A stretch of 64,000 bases of DNA, from contig CAVRZA010000004.1 of assembly GCA_963725665.1 (NCBI GenBank), positions 192,001 to 256,000 on the forward strand, given 5' to 3'. The notes under the pieces were generated by a model. The model was not told the origin of the DNA, did no database searches, and saw only the letters and a program-made list of their open reading frames with translations. This DNA comes from an uncultured Actinomycetes bacterium (GTDB lineage Bacteria > Actinomycetota > Thermoleophilia > UBA2241). Below are positions 59,726 through 64,000 of this stretch, piece by piece; positions within the stretch are counted from its first letter, which is position 1, and each line of letters starts with the position of its first letter. Both the position numbers and the translations under genes were made by a program.

Positions 59726-61324
59726 TCAGCGCACGGTCACCGTGATGCGCGGGCTCCAGCCGCTGAGGTGCTTGGAATCGGCCCGCATGAGCATCTTGAG
59801 GTGGTAGGTCTCCCTCACCGGCGTCCCGAAGCGACGGGTCGAGAAGGTGGTGCCGTTCACGAGGGTGACGTAGCCGCCCTGAGAGATGCGGTGCCATGGC
59901 CCCCGCTTGTGATTGCCGGCGCGGTCGGTCCAGACCTCGACGACCCCGCGTGGCTTGGCCGGCGAGACCGATCCCGACACCCCGTAGACCTTACCCAGAG
60001 AGAGCTTGATGCTCGTGCTCGATACGCTCACCTTGTGGCGCACCCCTACGCGAACCTCCTGGCCGGTCGCCGCCGCCGCCCCGGCGAAGAGGAAGCGTAG
60101 GCGGTAGGTGGTGCTCGTGACGGGAGAGTCGCTGTAGCTCAGCGTGCTCGCCCCCGGGCTCCCGTACGCGACGGTCTGCCAGGCGGTCGCGCCGGCGGGT
60201 CGTGCCTGGATGAGCAGTACGCCGGGGGCCAGGATGCTGGTGCTGCCGCTCAGAGAGACCCTGGCGCCCGTCGTCACGATGGCCTTGAAGGTCGTGCCCG
60301 TGGCCGCTGGCTTGGCGGTAAGCGACAGGGTGAACGATCGCCCGGCACTGAGGCTGCGCTCGACCCGGCCGCCGACGGTGGTGGCGTAGCAGACGCCACC
60401 ACCGGCCGCGAGTGCGGTCACGTTGGACTTGCCGCCGCCGCTCTGCGTCGCCCAGGCGGTGCCGTCGGTGGCAATGCCCGCGAGCCACCCGTTGCCGCCG
60501 CCGGCCACGAGCCTGTCGGGGGCCGCGCGCTCGACGAGCGCCAGCGAGCTCATGCTGCCTCCGGCCGGTAGAGGAGGGTCAGGCAGGGCCGTCGCCGCCC
60601 CTGTTCCTTGCTTCGAGAAGACCTGATCCGCGGAGCAGTAGTAGACGATTCCCGCCGCCGACGCGGCTGGGAGGGCGACATCGACCAGGTTGCGGGTCGT
60701 CGCGGAGTCACGTGTCGCCCATGAGCCGGTCTGGTTCACCAAGAGGACACCCTGCGCTCCGACGGCCGCCGCGACGTCGCCGTCGGCCGATACGGCGACT
60801 GCGTTCAGGTCGGCTGTGGTCGGCGAGCTCTCGTGCTCCCAGGTGGCGCCGCCGTCGACCGTCTTGAGGAGGACCCCACCCGTGCCGACCGCGTAGCCCA
60901 CGGTGCCGCTCATCGCCACGTCACGAAGGCCGCCGGTCACGTCATCGGGCCGCGTCGCCGCGGTCCACGCGAACGTGTCGCGGTCGTCGGGCGCCCATAC
61001 GAGGATGGTCCCTGCAGGGCCCACGGCGACGCCGTGATCGGCGTCGGTGAACGCGACCCCGCTCAGGGTCGCGGAGGTGAGCCGGCCGGCGGAGATGTTG
61101 GTCCATGTCGCGCCGCCGTCGCCGCTGACGGCGACGGCAGCGCCTGCGCCGGCCACGACCAGTCCCGTGTCGCCGAACGTGCCGACGGCGTCGAGGCTCG
61201 TAGCTGCCTTCAACGGGTCCGGGAGGATCGACCAGCCGGGAAGTGCCGCAGCGACACCGGGCGCCAGGAGAAAGGCGAGCAACGTCAGCGCGACGGCAAG
61301 CGCGAGTGTCGGGCCGCGGCTCAT
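59726..61324 (-). CDS. Secreted YCF48/BNR-repeat beta-propeller protein with C-terminal beta domains
   Basis: Signal peptide, DGGATW repeats, AVG..G motifs. Confidence 0.75.
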   Translation of the reverse strand: MSRGPTLALAVALTLLAFLLAPGVAAALPGWSILPDPLKAATSLDAVGTFGDTGLVVAGAGAAVAVSGDGGATWTNISAGRLTSATLSGVAFTDADHGVAVGPAGTILVWAPDDRDTFAWTAATRPDDVTGGLRDVAMSGTVGYAVGTGGVLLKTVDGGATWEHESSPTTADLNAVAVSADGDVAAAVGAQGVLLVNQTGSWATRDSATTRNLVDVALPAASAAGIVYYCSADQVFSKQGTGAATALPDPPLPAGGSMSSLALVERAAPDRLVAGGGNGWLAGIATDGTAWATQSGGGKSNVTALAAGGGVCYATTVGGRVERSLSAGRSFTLSLTAKPAATGTTFKAIVTTGARVSLSGSTSILAPGVLLIQARPAGATAWQTVAYGSPGASTLSYSDSPVTSTTYRLRFLFAGAAAATGQEVRVGVRHKVSVSSTSIKLSLGKVYGVSGSVSPAKPRGVVEVWTDRAGNHKRGPWHRISQGGYVTLVNGTTFSTRRFGTPVRETYHLKMLMRADSKHLSGWSPRITVTVR

Positions 61325-62226
61325 GGAGGCGGCGGTGTCCAGGCGGGCGCCGGCGGGGGCGGTGTGTAGGCCGGAGCCGGCGGCGTGCGCGTCGGCGCCG
61401 CCGCGTGCGACGCGGCCTTGGCGGCCAGGGCGGCCTGTATTCGCGCCAGCAGCTTGCGCGCGCCGGGGTAATGCCCGTCTTGGGCCAGGACGCGCTTCAC
61501 CGACGTCCGCGCGCTCTGCCAGTGTCTGGCGTCCGCCTGAGCGAGCGCTCGCGCGTAGACCGGCTTGAGCTGAACGCGCAGCACGGCCCGCCGGTGCAGC
61601 TTCTTCGCTCCGGGGAACCGCGGACTGACGGCGAGCAGGCGCTCAATGCGCTGGGCGGCGAGCTTCCAGTGACCCTGGCTGAAGGAGGCGCGCGCCTGCG
61701 CGAAGAGCAGTCCGGCCTGCTGCTTGGCCTTGATCAGCCGGAGGTCCTGGTCCGCGCTGGCCTTGGCGTTGAGGGCGGTCGCCTGGTCGGCGGTCTCCTG
61801 CGTCTGCTGGACCATCGACGCGGCCCGGCTCGAGAGCTCACGGGCCTCCTTGGAGAGCGAGGTGGAGTCGGCGTAGGGCAGAATGGCGAGGATCTTGGCG
61901 TCCGCCAGCTTGCGGGCGGCCTCGTCGTAGCGGCCAGCAGCCAGGGCCTGCTTGCCGGCCCCGTAGTTCGAGGCCGCCGAGACCACCGACCTGGCCGCGA
62001 AGGCCGCGGCCACAACGGCAACAACCACCACGATCAGGGTGACGAGGACGCCAGGCCGCGGCAGCCGCTTGTGCTGCCACGGGCTGTCTTCCCAGTCGTC
62101 GTCGGACGAGCGGTCCGCATCCGTCTTGAGCGTCAGGTGCCAGCGCTGGCGAAGCGGCGCCGCGAGCCGGTCGTCGACGCGATAGCGTGCATCGATGAGG
62201 CGATCTCTGAGATGGTCGTACCCCAT
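61321..62226 (-). CDS. Single-TM helical (TPR-like) hypothetical protein with Pro-rich tail
   Basis: One TM segment, Ala-rich helical repeats; stop overlaps the downstream start. Confidence 0.6.
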   Translation of the reverse strand: MGYDHLRDRLIDARYRVDDRLAAPLRQRWHLTLKTDADRSSDDDWEDSPWQHKRLPRPGVLVTLIVVVVAVVAAAFAARSVVSAASNYGAGKQALAAGRYDEAARKLADAKILAILPYADSTSLSKEARELSSRAASMVQQTQETADQATALNAKASADQDLRLIKAKQQAGLLFAQARASFSQGHWKLAAQRIERLLAVSPRFPGAKKLHRRAVLRVQLKPVYARALAQADARHWQSARTSVKRVLAQDGHYPGARKLLARIQAALAAKAASHAAAPTRTPPAPAYTPPPPAPAWTPPPP

Positions 62227-62420
62227 GCTCCTATGAAAGCCCCTGGCCGAGCCTGCGTCAATGCCGTTGGGAGGGCGCGGCCGCGCCGTGGCGGCGCGAG
62301 GTCGAGAAGCAAGCACGAGCAAGGGAGGCAAAAGGGGAGTGAGAACTGCGGTCCGCCCGCCGGAGCGGCGGATCGACGTGGCGGGCGGTCAGGGCGACCG
62401 CCCTTCTGGCCGTCGTGCGA

Positions 62421-62591
62421 CTAGCTGGCGGCGAGGCGCGGTTCTTCGTCCCTGACGGGCTGCGGCTCGGGAGCCATGACCACCAGGGTGGCGGCCGTGC
62501 CGCACTCACGGCAACGCACGACCATCGGCGCCAAGGCGAGGAACTCCTCGGAGAAGTAGGTCTCGCAATGGTCACAGTAGAACTCGGCTAT
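62421..62591 (-). CDS. Small Zn-ribbon protein (56 aa), apparent ATA start
   Basis: AEFYCDHCETYFSEEFLALAPMVVRCRECG...; strong SD GGGGGTGA upstream; not in the ORF track. Confidence 0.55.
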   Translation of the reverse strand: MAEFYCDHCETYFSEEFLALAPMVVRCRECGTAATLVVMAPEPQPVRDEEPRLAAS

Positions 62592-62923
62592 CTCGTCTCA
62601 CCCCCTTCTCGCTTCTCGACGTCGCCGAGGACGCGGCGGCCGTAGTTGTAGGCCGAGAGTGTGAGCGTCACGGCCGGGTTACCCAGGTAGGAGATCTCGG
62701 CCGTGCCCACCTTCAGGAAGCGTCGCCTGGGCTGGCCACGCAGCACCTTCGGGGGGCGGTCGAGTGACACGACGCGTTCCTGGCCGCGGCGTTCGTCGCC
62801 GAGCCAGAAGAAGAGGCGGCTGGGGCGTAGGTCGACGCCGAAGAGGGAGCCGGCCTGAATGCTGAGCTGGCGCTCCCTGCCCTGTTCGACCAGGGCCGAC
62901 TTGGTCGTCTCAACCCGTGGCAT
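62588..62923 (-). CDS. Hypothetical protein
   Basis: ATG at 62923 after GAGG; coupled to its neighbours. Confidence 0.6.
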   Translation of the reverse strand: MPRVETTKSALVEQGRERQLSIQAGSLFGVDLRPSRLFFWLGDERRGQERVVSLDRPPKVLRGQPRRRFLKVGTAEISYLGNPAVTLTLSAYNYGRRVLGDVEKREGGETR

Positions 62924-63701
62924 CGGGGATCCTCTGCCGCTCCATCGAGTCGATGTATACCACAATCAGCACCACGTCCGCGAGGAACGCGACCAGCCCG
63001 AGCGCCGCGACCTGCACGGCGAGCAGCGGCAGGAGGCTTGCCAGGGGCGATGCCCCGACTGTGGTCGCGGCGACGATGAGCGCGGAAGCAAGGATCGAGA
63101 CCAGGATCACGGCGACCGAGAGGAGCCAGTTGGCCTCGACGGTCTGCCAGGAGCGGCGCACGGCGGCGACGAAGCCCAGGCCGCTCACGACGATGGCGTA
63201 GTCCGCGTAGAGGAGGAGAAGGAGCGCCACGAGAGCGACGAGCTGGACCAGCAGGATGGTCGCCTGCTGCTGCACTCCGGGCGCGAGGTGCCGCAGCGTT
63301 GCCGACGCCGCGGCGCTCGCCAGCCAGTCGATGACGGCCACGACCAAGACCAGGTCGGTGAGGCTGCGGAACTGGGCTCCGTCGGCCGGTGCGAGATGGA
63401 GACGGCCCACGAGCGAGCGGATGTAGCCGGCGCGGAAGAACGCGGTGAGGGCCACGGCGGCGAAGACGACGGCCGCGGCCGCGAGGAGCCTCATGGGAGC
63501 GCCGCCGCCTCCGAGGGCGCCGAGGAGCGAGGGATTGCTGTCGAGGAGCGCGGCGGCGCTCCGGCCTGTGATGAGCCACGATGCCAGGAGCGGCGCCACG
63601 AAGTCCAAGAGCTGTAGGGCGATGGCGAAGAGAACGAGGTGGAGCTTGGCGCGCAGCAGCATGATGACCCGCCGCGGCAGGGTCGCGCCGTTCATCTCCA
63701 T
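62910..63701 (-). CDS. Integral membrane hypothetical protein
   Basis: About 6 TM segments; start set at MEMNG. Confidence 0.7.
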   Translation of the reverse strand: MEMNGATLPRRVIMLLRAKLHLVLFAIALQLLDFVAPLLASWLITGRSAAALLDSNPSLLGALGGGGAPMRLLAAAAVVFAAVALTAFFRAGYIRSLVGRLHLAPADGAQFRSLTDLVLVVAVIDWLASAAASATLRHLAPGVQQQATILLVQLVALVALLLLLYADYAIVVSGLGFVAAVRRSWQTVEANWLLSVAVILVSILASALIVAATTVGASPLASLLPLLAVQVAALGLVAFLADVVLIVVYIDSMERQRIPDATG

Positions 63702-63726
63702 GGGGGCGGAGTATACACTAGCCGCG

Positions 63727-64000
63727 ATGATGGCCCCCCGCTTGCGCAGCACCCTCCTTTCCCGTGCGCCTACGGCGATCGTGCTCGCCCTCGCGGCGCT
63801 GGTCTTGGCGGGCTGGGGGCTTGCGCCGCCGGCGGCGGCGCAAGCCCCCAGCCCGCCGCGCGTCGCCGCGAGGGCGGCCGTCGTCATCGACCAGAGCACG
63901 GGGCACGTGCTCTACGCCCTGCGCCCCGACAGACGCCTGCCGATGGCCTCCACGACCAAGATCATGACGGGCATCCTCGTGGTCGAGCACGCCAACGATT
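63727..64000 (+). CDS. D-alanyl-D-alanine carboxypeptidase (S11), 5' part
   Basis: Manual translation gives a signal peptide, then AAVVIDQSTGHVLY...LPMASTTKIMT (SxxK); runs off the window end. Confidence 0.9.
   Translation, partial: MMAPRLRSTLLSRAPTAIVLALAALVLAGWGLAPPAAAQAPSPPRVAARAAVVIDQSTGHVLYALRPDRRLPMASTTKIMTGILVVEHAND

Overview
A high-GC bacterial chromosome segment with no mobile elements, CRISPR or rRNA. A GuaB3-type IMPDH, corrinoid methyltransferases and an aldehyde:ferredoxin oxidoreductase (AOR) suggest an anaerobic Actinomycetota such as a Thermoleophilia-like lineage (inference). The left half (1-33 kb) is accessory metabolism. Its main feature is a DeoR-led cluster encoding two kinases, a pyrrolysine-free MttB, a corrinoid protein, a pyrrolysine-free MtmB, an atypical transaldolase, a HisC-like aminotransferase and transketolase, divergent from an ACT-type (choline/GABA-like) permease. 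This looks like an undescribed route for demethylating a methylated amino alcohol (choline-like) and feeding its carbon skeleton into the pentose phosphate pathway. The left half also holds an AOR-MoaD operon, a second MttB, and a HAL-ABC-corrinoid-MtmB cluster. The right half is mostly housekeeping: ftsEX, M23/S41 peptidases, rnr, smpB, tRNA-Arg, murI-rph-rdgB, an M-box-controlled Mg2+ NRAMP operon and guaB-guaA. Non-coding candidates are two sibling hairpin sRNAs at about 33.5-33.8 kb and an attenuator-like guaB leader. Several genes carry +1 frameshifts that look like sequencing errors.
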